This document shows, one piece after another, positions 23,708 through 37,105 of a stretch of DNA of 64,000 bases (positions within the stretch are counted from its first letter, which is position 1; every line of letters begins with the position of its first letter). A model generated the notes under the pieces. The model was not told where the DNA came from. It did no database searches and saw nothing but the letters and a program-made list of their open reading frames with translations. The stretch is taken from assembly GCA_030324005.1 (NCBI GenBank), contig JARDVH010000106.1, positions 45,635,575-45,699,574 on the forward strand, given 5' to 3'. Both the position numbers and the translations under genes were made by a program. The DNA comes from Negaprion brevirostris. Lineage: Eukaryota.

Positions 23708-24900
23708 GAAAGTCCCCTGTCCTGATACACTAGGAATGTCTGCAGCTTGGACTTCAATTCAAGAACTCCAAACCAAAGTTCTTCAAGTTTCAGACATTTA
23801 CACTCTGTGGTTTCTCAGGATTTCAAGGTCTCCAAAAATTCTCACATGCTGCAGTTATGACACTATCTGCAAAGCTGTCGCTATAGAGCCTTATTTTACT
23901 TTAAAGTCTTGATGCACAACAATTTGATTCACAATATTTTACTTCAATTAACTAGTCTACATTGCTGATTTAATAAAATAGTTATATTTCCCAGCCTAAC
24001 CAATGGCCTTAGAGAGGAGAAACCGTAAGCTTTACCAATCCCCACCACTCTCAGCCACAAGTCTTGCTCTCACTGACTTTCATATTTTGAATTGCTTGAT
24101 CAAATAATAGGGAGACTTTTAACTTTTGGTGATTAAAATAAAAAGTATAGCCATTGAAGGACCTGTTTTACATGCAGAAAGGTAATGTTAGTATAGATGC
24201 AGCTCCACTTTCCTCACCTTTGTTCAAAACCACCATCCGACTACACCAAAAGGCAAAAGAAAAATCTGATAAAACAAATAATTGTATTCTTAGAATTGTA
24301 TTCTTAGAGTTCACGCATACAACATTCATTGCTGAAGGGAAGAAGCATTTTGATTTCTTGATGTTTGAGGATACAAAAAGTACTACTTATAAATCATTAC
24401 ACTCATGTTGTCAAGACACATGCAAAGCACAATATATAATTTACATTGACTGCATCCCAATCTGGTTTAATCAAAACTAAAACATCAAAAAGAGAGAAAA
24501 AACTGTGAACAGCATGCAAATGATTGAAAACTTCAATATCAACACAAAGGAATCTGTGAAAATTGTTGACACCAAGCTTGCTCAAAGAAGATGTCTGAAT
24601 GCAGGCTGATTGACTTTTCTTACAAGAATGCTCCCCAACTGATACATCTATTGTGAAGACTTCAGGTTGTGATGATGTGAACCCATTTTATACTCTAAAG
24701 ACTCATATGGCCAAAATGAAGGCAAAGACAAGAAACCTTTATAATAGCCCACTTCAACATCTACGTGCAAGAGAAGAATTACCTTATAAATCTGACCATA
24801 TTTCCATAAACCCACCATCACAACCCCCATCCACCCTCCTGGACTGCGTCCTGTTTTACTGAAGAACTCATGAAAATGGTAAAATTGATTGGCACAAATG

Positions 24901-25032
24901 GAAAATACCACAGATGCTCAAAATCTGAAGTAAAAACAAACAAACAATACTGGAAACTCTCAGCCGATCCGGCAGCCACTGTGGAGACAGAATCAGAGTT
25001 AACCTTTCATTATATGATGGTTCTTCTGAACT
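24901..25032 (-). mobile_element. Penelope pLTR remnant with decayed hammerhead
   Basis: CAGATGCT..AAATCTGAA..AAAAACA...CTGGAAACTCTCAGC...TGTGGAGA; minus strand CAGAAGA...GAAAGGTT. Confidence 0.6.
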
Positions 25033-25214
25033 TCTGATGAAAGGTGATTTAAAAACTCCAACTTGTATCAACCAAAATGGTCAATGTAGATTCCAACAGC
25101 TGCAATATATCAAAAGAGAATCAGCTGCAGCCTCCCTTTCATAAGATCATATCTTTCTGCTAAATTATAGTTACCAAGATCTACTGAAAGCAAAATCAAT
25201 TATACATGCTGCAG

Positions 25215-25800
25215 TTAGGTGAAATGAGTGATGACATTGATGGAGTCAGGGGGATGGTTGAGGAGAGAATGCATGGATATCAAGAAACTGATAACAATGG
25301 ATGGTATTGAGAGGAGATCATGGATGGAGAATGAAGGGAAATGGATAGGGTTCAAAATACGAGAACAGAAGGGCAAAATGTATTTAACTAAGCAACATTT
25401 TGGTGTTGAACAGAAAGAGAAGACAGTGCTGAGGGGTATTGGAAAGAAAGAGTGCTAATGTGATCAGTGTTGTGGGGTAGTGGAAGAGAGGGGGAACAGA
25501 GCTAGCTAAAATTGAACATTACATAACTCAGTTTGATTTAAAATGAAGGGAGGGCACTGGAGGACAAGTGTCAGTTTCAACAGGGCTGGGGAGGGATTGT
25601 ATAGGTATCGGGAGCCAAGAGAATTTGATTTTAATTGACTGCAATGAACAAAATGTCATGAAGGACTTGGAAGATTGAAACAGAGCATATACCATCCTAG
25701 AAACGTTTAGGCGATAGATCTATGGAGCAGGGTTTTTGAAATAGGACTGGACCAAAAGACTGCTGGGATGATGTTAGGCAAAGTGATGGTCTGTTTGATT
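25215..25800 (-). mobile_element. Decayed L2 LINE internal fragment
   Basis: Purine-rich plus strand typical of antisense L2 ORF2; no clean motif readable. Confidence 0.4.
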
Positions 25801-26718
25801 TGCTGGGAATCTAAATGACACTGTTTTATTCACTGACTGCAGAAGGTATGCACAATTAAGCAAAACGTATCAAGATAAAAATCAAATATTTCCCCAGGAT
25901 CATAAATCCAAAACCAAACCTTGCACTTTTATGCCTTTAAGTTGTGGATTTCTCTCTTCAAATTACACATATGTTTCTCCTCCCTACCTCTGCATCCCCT
26001 CTTCGATGCAAGTAGAACATTGTTTCACATACATAATTCTTAAATTGTGAAGTCTGATAATGATTTGATTCCATAAGGCAGAGGCATATAATTAAGGTGA
26101 TTCTCAAGACATCAGCATTTCACAGGCTGTGTCAGTACTACAAGCTGACATTTTATGATTTTGTCAAGGCTAAACAGTGTCAGGACTTCTCAGAATGAAA
26201 GATTTTTCAAATAGAGATCGTTCACGATCTCTTCCAATTCTTGACTGCACATACCAAGATATGGGATAGCAAGGTCAAGAAGAGTGCTGAAAAAATGTAG
26301 AAAATCTTAGTGTCACATTCTGAACACAATCCAGATAGCTTTAAGGATCAAAATGGTGTCAGTTCTCTTCTAATGTTTGATTATGAATGAATTTGATTAC
26401 ATCTTTGAATTTTTAATTTGAAGTCAGCTTACAGTGAAGTTCCCAGGTAATATCCATAAGGATGGGATAATGAATGAATAGATTATTTAACAACCATGCT
26501 ATTTAAATATTGTAAGCCTAGAAGAATGTGCTGAAGAGAGTCAATAAGAGGCGTCTGCATGGACCAATTGTAAGTTGTGAAAAACAGCCAGTTTGTGTTG
26601 TAAAGTCAAAGGGGGGGANNNNNNNNNNNNNNNNNNNNNNNNNNNNNNNNNNNNNNNNNNNNNNNNNNNNNNNNNNNNNNNNNNNNNNNNNNNNNNNNNN
26701 NNNNNNNNNNNNNNNNNN

Positions 26719-27602
26719 ATTGATGACCTTCCCTCCGTCATAACGTCAGAAGTGGAGATGTTCATTGATGATTGCACAATGTTCAGCACCATTCACAACT
26801 CCTCAGATACTGAAGCAGCCCATGAACAACTGCAACAGGATATGGACAATATCCAGGCTTGGCCACATAAATACCAGGCAATGACCATCACCAATAAGAG
26901 ATACATTAACCACTGCTCCTTGACATTCAATGGTTTCACCATCACCGAGTCTCCCACTGTCAACATCCTTCAGGTTACCATTGACCAGAAACTCAACTGG
27001 ACTTGCCACATAAACAGTGGCTACCGGAGCAGATCAGATGCTAGGAATACTGTGACTCCCCAAAGCCTGTTCACCATCTACAAGACATAAGTCAGGAGTG
27101 TGATAGAATACTCCCCACTTACCTGGATGGGTGCAGCACCAACAATACTCAAGAAGCTTGACACCATCCAGGACAAAGCAGCCTGCTTGATAGGCACCAC
27201 AGCCACAAACACCCACTCGCCCCGCCACCAACGTTCAGTAGCAGTGTGTTATATCTGCAATACGCACCGCAGAAATTCACCAAAGATCCTTAGACAGCAC
27301 CTTCTAAAGCCCATGATCACTCCCATCTAAAACGGCAAAGACAGCAGATAAATGGGAATATTACCACCTGCAAGTTTCCCTCCAAGTCACTCACCATCCT
27401 GACTTGGAAATATATTGCCATTTCTTTGCAGTGATTGGGTCAAAATCCTGGAATTCCATCCCTAATGGCATTGTGGGTCAACCCACAGTACACGGACTGC
27501 AGTGTTTCAAGAAAGCAGCTCACCATCACCTTGTCAAGGGCAATGAGGGATGGGCAATAAATGCTGGCTAGTCAGTGACACCCATGTCTCATGAATGAAT
27601 TT
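26719..27602 (+). mobile_element. CR1/L2-group LINE (family B), RT C-terminus and 3' UTR
   Basis: IDDLPSVITSEVEMFIDDCTMFS (FADD motif), LQQDMDNIQAW, VTIDQKLNWTCHIN, EYSPLTWMGAAPTILKKLDTIQDKAACLIG; ends GGGCAATAAATGCTGGC...ATGAATGAAT. Confidence 0.92.
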
Positions 27603-29849
27603 TTAAGTATGGTCTTTGCAGTGTGTTCCTCCTCTCTTAAGAAACAAAGACATTCAGGATTGCAGATAGACAGGCTTTCAAAGTGGTAGAATAGAAAAGT
27701 AATACAAAATGGAAAAGTGGGATTCTGGAATTTAAATTTTGTGAAACTCAATATCTGAGAAAGGACTTTCATTTGCTAGAGTAAACTGCAGAGCTAGGCT
27801 AAACTGTTTCATTCAGGTTATTAGAACAAGAACTGCTTTATCGTACTTGCTATTGACGCTAAAGAGAACATCTTTTAAAAGACAACTGGATGCATAATTT
27901 AAGGGGTCACAGGGAAGGGGGTTAGAATTGACAGTTCCATCTGAAGAGTGAGCAATTGCCCAGGTGCTGTAGGTCAAATGGCCTTCTGTAACCATTTTGA
28001 TTCTATAATCATTGCAGTGTACATCCATATAATATTCATTTGTTTATAGTTTATGAAACCATAATCATTTTATATTATGACAACGATTTCATGTCATTTT
28101 CCAGCAAACAGAAAAATACAAGTTACTCCTGAGACTGCCTCCTACAAAGTAGTGGCTCTGTCAGATTACTTTGTCTAGTCGGAAGAAATCCCAAGAAAAT
28201 ATTAGAACAACCATCCTTGTAATGCATAGAAAAGGTTTTATATTTTCACTGGGAAATTCTTTTGCCAACACTTCTACAATGAATGAGCCAAGAAAGAAGA
28301 AAACCACGCCAGCTGCATCCTTTTTAATTTTGAACTTGACAACAAAACTTTATTTATTTGGCTCTTGGACCCAAGAGATTTGGCCCAATTTAGAAGCTGA
28401 ATTACCAACTATACAAAACAGGATTTGTACACTCTTACACAGCTCTGGCACTTTTTGTATAGTAAATGTAATATTAATGAAGGGATTAGCACTGCAGGGT
28501 ATAGACTCCCACATACACGTGCCTGCTCATGAGAGCGCTGCATACTACAAATGATTGAGGTCTGCATCTGCTGGCTTTGTTAACAATTATCTTGTTACTA
28601 CACTAAGGAGTTCAAAAGAATTAAAACACAAAATTCACTCAAGTCTTTTTACTTTGCCTGTTCCCAAGTGGTGATTTCACGAAGTACCCTTAATGTACAT
28701 CAATGTAACCTTTATATTTACTCTATCAGAAACCATTTTAACTCTTCGGTAAGATTACAAATTAATGGAAAATTAAGTTTATGCTGTACTCGGAAATAGA
28801 TCAAGACTGACTGAACCAATTTTGTTGATGCAAGCTGTTGATCAGGTGTTAAATACGAACCCAAGAGCTGAAAACTTGAGTTTTAAACCCAACACAAAAC
28901 CTAATTCCCAAAACCAGATTTCTTCAAGCTAAAAATGAAAAATCAGCACTTGTACTAATCATGGGTCTTCAAACAAGACAGCAAATAAAATGGTTGCTAA
29001 CTTCAGCTGCAAGGAATAATACTACTGATATTTTTATGGCTGTAGATTCAATTTCATGCTTTCTGACTAGCCCATTGATACAGCTGGGGTGTAATGAGGT
29101 GAAAGATGAGACAGAGACGCAATCAAAGGGAATGATCAAACTGGGAAACAGTGTTTTAACTGAAAATACAGCCTTCACATTCACATCCTGAACTCAAAAG
29201 GAGATGCAAAAGGCCATTTGAAATATTTGTTAATATGTTTGACTGTTCTATAATGGATGTGTAATCAGAATTTCTTTCCAATTCTACTGATTCTTGCCCC
29301 CAGGGATTGAAGAATGTTCTACTTAGGTAGAACCTAGGTAACAAAGGCCAAAAGAGTAAATTGATTCAAATGCTCAACTTTCCGAGCGAGTTTTTGTTTA
29401 CAATACCAAAACAGTCTATTTATCCCACAAGATCTATTTTTATTTACAGTCCAAACCACTTCCTCACTAATATTGCAAAGACCACAGCATAAATGTCAAC
29501 CAAGCAGATAAGACAATCTCATTTTCATGGCACCAAAATGCATGTTTAGGTCTATTCTTGGATTAGAAGGTGGCCTCAATTTTTTAACTCAAAGATATAG
29601 GTTTAATATTTGACTCACCTTAAAAGTAGGCAACACAGTATATGTTGCCAAGAAAATGTCGAGTTTAATCATGTCCACACTGAATTGATCATGCATGGGA
29701 ACTGAGTCCTCCTGCATCAACATCAGCATTTCACACTTTATACTCAGTAAACAAGTCAACCTGTTTTGGGAGGATTTTTGAAACTTCAAATATTAACTTG
29801 TACGCCAAATACTTAAAATGCATCTATGTTACTCCATGCAATAGAAATT

Positions 29850-30190
29850 TGACATTCTAGCCACTTGTGTAAAAAGTTTCTCCTGAATTACAATTGAATT
29901 TAAGTGTCTATGCTATGTTTATGGCTTTGAGTTTTTGGATTCCCCAATAAGTGGAAACATTTTCTCTGCATCTATGTGATCTAGTCCCTTCACATTTCTA
30001 AAGACCGTTCCAAGTCACTCTTCAGTCATCCATGTTCTGAGTTTTTCTGAGAGCTTATATTCAAGTTATTTCTGGCTCAATCCTTGTGAATCTTTTTTGA
30101 ACCTTCTCCAGTGCCTCTGTGTAATATACAGTCCGGACCTGAGCACATTACTGTGTGGGTTAACTAAGTTTCTATCCAAGTTTAACAATG
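29850..30190 (-). mobile_element. Decayed CR1 3' fragment
   Basis: CCACTTGTGTAAAAAGTTTCTCCTG...CCTTGTGAATCTTTTTTGAACCTTCTCCAGTGCCTCT resembles antisense CR1 at 31430-31710. Confidence 0.55.
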
Positions 30191-30534
30191 TCTTGGACAG
30201 CAAATTTTAATTTTATGAAGTTGATATTCATTAAATCAGGATATTTTTGGTTTAAAATTTACTTCTTTTAATAGCTCTGAAAGTTCATGGTCTTGGTTGG
30301 GTCGTGACAAATGCAAGAAAGGCACATCTCCCAAGAAATATTAAAAAAGCAAATTAGAAAAAGAGGTTGTTCACAGAAAACAGATTTTAAAAGGTCACCA
30401 AAAAGTCAGCTGGGTGATTTGTGGGATGGAGGATGAGACGGAGGCAGAGATCTAAATTGCAGTGAGGAGAAATGGAAAAACTAACAAAACATTTGAAAGG
30501 AGATTAGTTTTTATATTGTTAATTGTTGAGACAA

Positions 30535-30650
30535 GCATGATACTGGCTAGGCTAGCAATGACTGCCCACCCCTAATTGCCCTTGAGAAGGTGGTGGTGAG
30601 CTGCATGTGGGGCAAATAAATCCACAATGTTGTTAGGCAAGGAGTCAAGA
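30535..30650 (-). mobile_element. LINE family B 3' tail
   Basis: TGCCCACCCCTAATTGCCCTTGAGAAGGTGGTGGTGAGCTGC is the reverse of 27515-27560. Confidence 0.75.
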
Positions 30651-30689
30651 GGAATTAAGTTAGAGCTTAGTGAGTGATGGAGTTCAGTG

Positions 30690-31200
30690 AAAGAGATGAT
30701 CCTTTAATTTTCTACCTTTTCCAGCCTCTGGTAACAGGGGAAGTCAAAGGTGAGAGTTGAGAGAAAGAGAGATCCCAAGGCAGTGGAGTGAGCGCATGAG
30801 GGTGTCGAGGTTTATATACAAAATCTGAAAGTGGCATCAAAGGAGACCCACAAGAAGGCTGGTACTGTATATGCCTTTCAAGACTCACAGGAGAGACAAG
30901 TGATGAATGGCAGGCTGAGTTATGTTATAGCAAACTGAAGTGAACACCAAGTTTAAGGTATGTCACTGCAGTTCAGTCATATGGATCGTGCATCCTGCAG
31001 GGCATGGAACACTGGACACAAAATGCTCTCAATGATTACATCTGAGGCAAGTGTCACCAGCTGCTGAACTCTGGGGTTGCAGAAATCACGTGGCAGCTGG
31101 AGTCACTGTGGTGCATCCACAAAGCAGAGGGCTATGTGGACAGTATATTTAGAGAGGTGGTCACGCTGCAGCTCAGAAAAACACAGGCATAAAGAGTCAC
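30690..31200 (+). mobile_element. CR1 5' UTR/ORF1 start fragment
   Basis: TCAATGATTACATCTGAGGCAAGTGTCACCAGCTGC...GGAGTCACTGTGGTGCATCC...GAGGTGGTCAC is homologous to 9060-9210. Confidence 0.65.
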
Positions 31201-31239
31201 TTCCAGAGAATCCAAGGGAAACAGGCTTAAGGCCATTAG

Positions 31240-31708
31240 ACATAAGAGTAGAAGCAGACTATTTGATCCATCACGTCTGCTCTGTCATTTAATGAGACCA
31301 TGACTGATCTGATGTGATAACCCACAAGTCCACTTCCTCACCATAACCCCATAATCTTTGATTCCCTATCCCAGCTTTGAACACATCTAAAGACTCAGCC
31401 TTTACAGCCCTCTGCAGTAAAGAATTCCACAGTATCACTGCCCTCAGAAGAAATTTCCCTCACTTGTGTCTTAAATAGGTAACACTTTATTCTGAGATTA
31501 TGCCCTCTGGTCCTAGGCTCTCCCACAAGGGGAATTAACATCTTCGCATCTACTCTGTGAAGCCCTCAATTCTAGATGTCTCAATAAGGTCGCCTCTTAT
31601 TCATCTAAACTCCAAATGAGTATAGGCCCAACCTTCTCAGTATCTCCTCAGAAGAAAAAGCCCTCCATTCTTGGAATCAACCTAGTGAACCTTCTCTGCA
31701 CTGCCTCC
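31240..31708 (-). mobile_element. CR1 3' end
   Basis: Reverse tail ACATAAGAGTAGAAGCAGAC...GATCTGAT; AAAGAATTCCACAG..CACTGCCCTCAGAAGAAATTTCC; CTAGTGAACCTTCTCTGCACTGCCTCC. Confidence 0.8.
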
Positions 31709-32642
31709 ACAATCATCCTGAACACCAGTACCCCACAAGGCTGTGTTCTCAGCCCCCTACTATATTCCTTATGCACTTATGACTGTGTGGTCAAATTCCC
31801 CTCCAATTCGATTTTCAAGTTTGCTGATGACACTGTAGCGGCCGGATCTTAAGCAATGACGAGGCACAGCATTGGAAACAGATAGAGAATCTGGCAAACT
31901 GATGCTGCACAATAATCTCTCCCTCAATGTCAACAAAACAAAAACATATTGCCATCGACTTCGGGATGCATAAAAGAAGAACATGCCCCTGTCTACATCA
32001 GCAGGGATGAAGTCGAGAGTCGAGAGCTTCAAGTTTTTAGATTTCCTGATCACCAACAACTGCCCTAGTCCCTTCATGCCAACACTATGGTTAAGAAATC
32101 CCACCAATGCCTCTTTCTCAGAAGACTAAGGAAATTTGGCATGTCAGCTACAACTCTCACCAACTTTTACAGATGCACCACAGAAATATTCTTTCAGGTC
32201 GTATCACAGTTTAGTATGGCTCCTGCTCTGCCCAAGACTGCAAGAAACGACATAAGGTTGTTTGCAGTCCAATCCATCACGCAAACCAGCCTCCTATCCA
32301 TTGATTCTGTCTACACTTTCCGCTGCATTGGCGAAGCGGCCAGCATAATTAAGGAACCCATGCACCCCGGACATTCTCTCTTCCATTGTCTTCCACTGGA
32401 AAAAAGATACAAAACTCTGAGGTCACGTACCAATTGACTCAAGAACAGCTTCTTCTCTGCTGCTGTCAGATTTTTGAATGGACTTACCTTGCATTAAGTT
32501 GAACGTTCTCTACATCTTAGCTTTAATTGTGACACTACATTCTGTACTCTCATTTCATTCTCGATGGATGATATGCTTTGCCTGTATAGCATGCAAGAAT
32601 CAATAATTCTCTATGTTAATACATGTGACAACAATAAATCAA
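31704..32642 (+). mobile_element. Rex1/Babar-clade LINE, RT C-terminus and 3' UTR
   Basis: TIILNTSTPQGCVLSPLLYSLCTYDCV..SIFKFADDTV; LFLRRLRKFGMSATTLTNFYRCTTE; HPGHSLFHCLP; ends ACATGTGACAACAATAAATCAA. Confidence 0.92.
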
Positions 32643-32885
32643 GGATTTCCTGTTTTGATTCTCCCTGTCAATGTCAGTAATTTAGTATATTTAAATATGA
32701 TCATCAGACCTTTACACCAGATAACCTCTCTCAACCCCTTTTCCCTTTAGATTGTTCATTCACATCGATGTGAATCATGAAAAGTCCCCCATAATGTGCA
32801 TTTGGTGAACAGATCCAGCAGAGGCACACATGGTTGGGCCTTTGGGGCTCTCTGCTTCCTTGCAGGTTTTCCTGCCTCTTACAAG

Positions 32886-33200
32886 GAACAAAGAGAACAA
32901 TGAAAATTGCAGCACAGGAACTGGCCCTTCAGCTCTCCAAGCCTGTACTGACCATGCTGCCCGACTGAACTAAAACCCCCTTTCCAGGAACTATATCACT
33001 CCATTCCTATCCTATTCATGTATCTGTCAAGATGCCCCTTAAAAGTCACTACCGTATCCACTTCCACTACCTCCCCCAGCAGCGAGTTCCAGGCACCCAC
33101 CACCCTCTGTGTAAAAAATCTTGCCTCGTACATCTCCTATAAACCTTGCCCCTCACACCTTAAACCTATGTCCCCTAGTAGTTGACTCTTCCATCCCAGG
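32886..33200 (-). mobile_element. CR1 (HER1-like) 3' tail
   Basis: GAAAATTGCAGCACAGGAACTGGCCCTTCAGC..CCAAGCCTG is the reverse of 46190-46235. Confidence 0.85.
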
Positions 33201-34239
33201 ACTTTCCATTACGCTTTTTTGATAAAATTCAGCCCTTTTTAATGATCTGTATATGTCAAATATCCAATTATATAAACTCAAAGTTTAAGTGATGTTGCAA
33301 ACTAAATTGCACCCAAATGTAAAGGCCAGATGATTGGAATAGGCTGAAACAAGGAATAATGGTGAAAAGTTATATCATCACATCCATTGGTGCACAATCA
33401 TGCTTTAATATAACTGAGAACCTTGTACTATCACTGATAAAAGAAAACAAATGTGTGCTCTCCAACAACTGCAGCCTGGTTAACATGCCAATTTATAAAT
33501 GCTAGTTGAGTGCTTCAGCATTCATGCTAATTGTTTGGATGGGCAAATGTAGGAGACATCTGTAGCATTGCTGTCACTTTGATTTAGTACCTTTTGTTAA
33601 TGTTCCAAATCTGGCTATATTTTCTAACACAGATCCAAGACATATTGTTCGGACAGCTGGTAACGTCTGGTCAATATTTGGATCTCGTTATAGAAAAGGA
33701 AGGGTCTTTGGGAGCAGATTCTCTTCACCACAGCCCAAAGAAAAGCTATGGTTTCAATAGGTTAAAAGAGGGAANNNNNNNNNNAGTTTAATCCTAACGA
33801 AGTTGGAGAAACCAGGTATGCAAAATTGTCTGGAACTATAATCAGTTGAAACACTTCATTGAGTGGGCAGTCTGCTGTTTTAACGTACTCTTCTGAGTAG
33901 ATGGTAAAGACACCACTAGAATATACTTTACATTTGCAGATCCAGGAAACAACGACGTTATCAAGTCCCAAAGGCAATTTAATTGTTGGCTGACAATGGA
34001 AGCTGCTTTGGCTTTCCTGCTGTGCGAAATTAATGGGAAGATGATCAAGGACCAGAAAAAAAAACATTTATAGCAATTTCAAGATTTTATCTAGGAGGAA
34101 TACAACTCTTTTCCACACCGAAAAGGAATATTTTGGCCTGCCCTCAACCTTTCACCTGTTGGAACCAGGAAAGTTCAGCTGCCACCNNNNNNNNNNTACT
34201 GTCCAGATGCTGTCTCCCTCCCACATCAGGCTAACAGTT

Positions 34240-35170
34240 AACAACAAACACCAACTTGTAATGAATCAGCATCCGTAATGTAGTAAAAATGTCTTATGGG
34301 GCTTTGTAGGACCATTAGAAAGTAAAATGTGACATCAAGCCTTGTAAGGGACTATTACAGAAGGTGGCCAAAAGCTTGGTCTGAGATATTGGTTTGAAGG
34401 AGAATCTTAAAATGGAGGGGGCTAATGAAAGAGGCAACAAGGCAGAGGGGGTTTAGGCAAGGAATTCCAGAGCTTAGGCAACTGAAGGCACAGCCAGTCA
34501 TGGTGGAGGAATTAATAGCAAGGATGCAGATATGGGAGAGTTGTGTGGTAAATGGAGGCTACAGAGATAAGAAGAGGCCATGAAAAGATTTGAAGAAAAA
34601 GGATGGGAATTTTAAAATAAATAACTTACTTAATCCGGAGACAATGCAGGTCAGTAAACAAAGGAGCAATTTGATGAATGGGATTTTGAGAGCAAGGACA
34701 CAGGCAGCAAAGTTTCAGGTAACCTCATTTACGAAGGGTACAATGTGGGAGCCAGGCCAGTAAAGTGTAGAATATTCAAGGCTTGAGATAACAAAAGCCA
34801 TAATTGAAGATTTTCTTCATTTTCTGAGCCAGGAGTAGAGTTGGGCAATGTTACATCTAGGTGGGATTTGTGGCCAGAAGTTTGCAGGCGATCAAAACAA
34901 TGGTTTCAATGTTTCCAATAATAAATTGGAAGAAATTTCTGCTCATCCAGTAATAAAGTCAAAAATAAAGCATGACAATTTAGTGACTGCAAAGGAGTAA
35001 GGAGAGATAGTGGTGAGGTATAGCTGGGCGTCATCATACCTGTGAAAATTAATACAGGTGTTGCAGAAGGGCAGCTTGTGGATGAGCAAGAGGTGGTGGG
35101 TGCGGACAGATCCTTGGAGGTTAGCAGATTTAACTATGTGGGAGTGGGAAGACAAGCTACTGCAGCTGAT
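34240..35170 (-). mobile_element. L2 LINE 3' portion
   Basis: Minus-strand FHRYDDAQLYLT (decayed YADDTQLY) near 35040; L2-type tail ...CAAGTTGGTGTT at ~34250. Confidence 0.75.
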
Positions 35171-35179
35171 TTTAAAAAG

Positions 35180-36145
35180 TTACAGGATCTGACTGGTGGT
35201 GGAGAGTCTCCAGGTAGTGGTGTTCCCAGATATGTGCAATTCTTGTCCTTCCAGATGGTAGCAGTCCTGAGTTTGGAAGATGTTGCCTAAGAAACCTTGA
35301 TGAATTCTTGCAGCGCATCTTTTAGGTGGTACGCACGGCTGCCACTGTTCTTTGGTGGTGGAAGGATTGAATGTTTGTGGAAGGGGTAGCAATCAAGTGG
35401 GATGCTTTGTCCGGGATGGCATTGAGCTTCTTGAATGTTGTTGGAGCTGCACTCAGACAGATGGAGAGGAATACATTACACACCTGACTTGTGCCTTGAA
35501 GATGGCAGACTGCTTTGGAGGCGAGTTACTCACCGCAGAATTCCTAGCTTTTAACCTGTTCTGTAGCACAGTATTTATATGGCTAGTCCAGTTCATTTTC
35601 TGATTAATGGGTAATCCCCAGGATTTTGACAGTGGAGGATTTAGCAATGGTAAAGCCATTGAACGTGGAGGAGTGCTGATTAGATCCACTATTGGAGATG
35701 GTCATTGCCGTCACTTGTGAGACATGGAAGTTACTTGCCATTTGTCAGGCCAAGCCTGGGTATTGTCCAGGTCTTGCTGCATTTGGACATAAACTACTTC
35801 AGTATGAGTTGTCGCTCATGGTGCTGCACACTGTGCAAACATCCCCACTTCTAACATTATGACTGAAGGAAGCTCGTGAATGGAACAACTGAAGATGATA
35901 GGGCCTAGGACACTATCCTGAGGAACTCCTGCTGTGATATCCTGGAGCTGAGATGATCAACCTCCAATCACCATAACTATCTTCCTTTGTGCCAAATATG
36001 TTGCGAACCAGTGGAGAGCTCCCCCTCATTCCTTTTCATTCTAATTTTGCTAGGACTCCTTGATGCCATACAAAATCAAATGCTACCTTGATGTCAAAGG
36101 CAGTCACCCTTACCTTGCCTCTGGCATTCAACTCTTTATTCCATA
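35180..36145 (-). mobile_element. CR1/L2-group LINE (family B) RT region
   Basis: QKMNWTSHINTV, IFKAQVRCVMYSSP; reverse GVPQDSVLGP at ~35900-35930. Confidence 0.88.
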
Positions 36146-37105
36146 TTTTTCATATTTTCTGAAAATATTTTTCAGCCATAAAATGCATCTTAATTTACAA
36201 AAATTAAAACCTTAGTCTACGAGAAAAATTATTTATCCATTTCTAAATGGAAAGAGTCATGCATCATTTTTCATTACCAAGCCACAATTATCCATTACCA
36301 TTATAGCATTATGGATGTGAAATTGAAGTTTCTCTAAATCATCTTTATGATCGCACTGCTCAAAATCAGCATATGCTTGCTCAGAGTAGCCTCAATCAGC
36401 ATCCATTCTCCTAATTTCAGTTGGTTGACGAAGTGGCAACTAAGCTTTATTTTTTACATTCTTTAAACTAGGATTTTATAAAGTAAAATGATCAAAACAA
36501 TTGTGATCAAATTTGAAATTTTGATAAACCAGTAAGTATTTTGTCAACAGGAAAAAATGTTTTTGCAGTAATTTACTCATGCAACTGTTGCAAATTAACT
36601 TGAGAAATGGCTTTTTTTTAAACAACAAAGATGTCTTACTAACTCATTACCAATACAATATTAAATCTCAGCATTGGTAATTTACTCTGCAGGAAACAAA
36701 GCAATGGCAAAGATAAATGGCAACATGCAATAGCAGCTTACTTAAAATCAATTTTTATAGCTTGGTCAGTCTTTGACAACCTGTACTTAACTCTTAGTAT
36801 CATCCATTAAAGTAATCTAGCATTCCGCCCATTAACTTTGTTTCAAAGAGTATTAGATGCTTCAGCTGATTACAGCACAACTCAATTATGAAACAATTGA
36901 TGTCAGCACAGCAGAAACACCACTGCAGATTGCAGCACACAAGTTGACCCAGCATGTAAGACTATATCATGCTTTTGGCATCGAAAAGCATGTTTTGACC
37001 AATATTCGACAGCCCCTTTCTTTTCAGCTCATACATTCAGGTTTAAAGCTATATTTAATTGGGAACTCAGCTTCAGTTTTATGGCTCAGAGCTACACATT
37101 CAGTT

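Noticed and set aside
24154-24862. Run of ORFs of 108 aa and 69 aa
   Set aside because: No recognisable domain, interrupted by stops, composition like AT-rich non-coding DNA.
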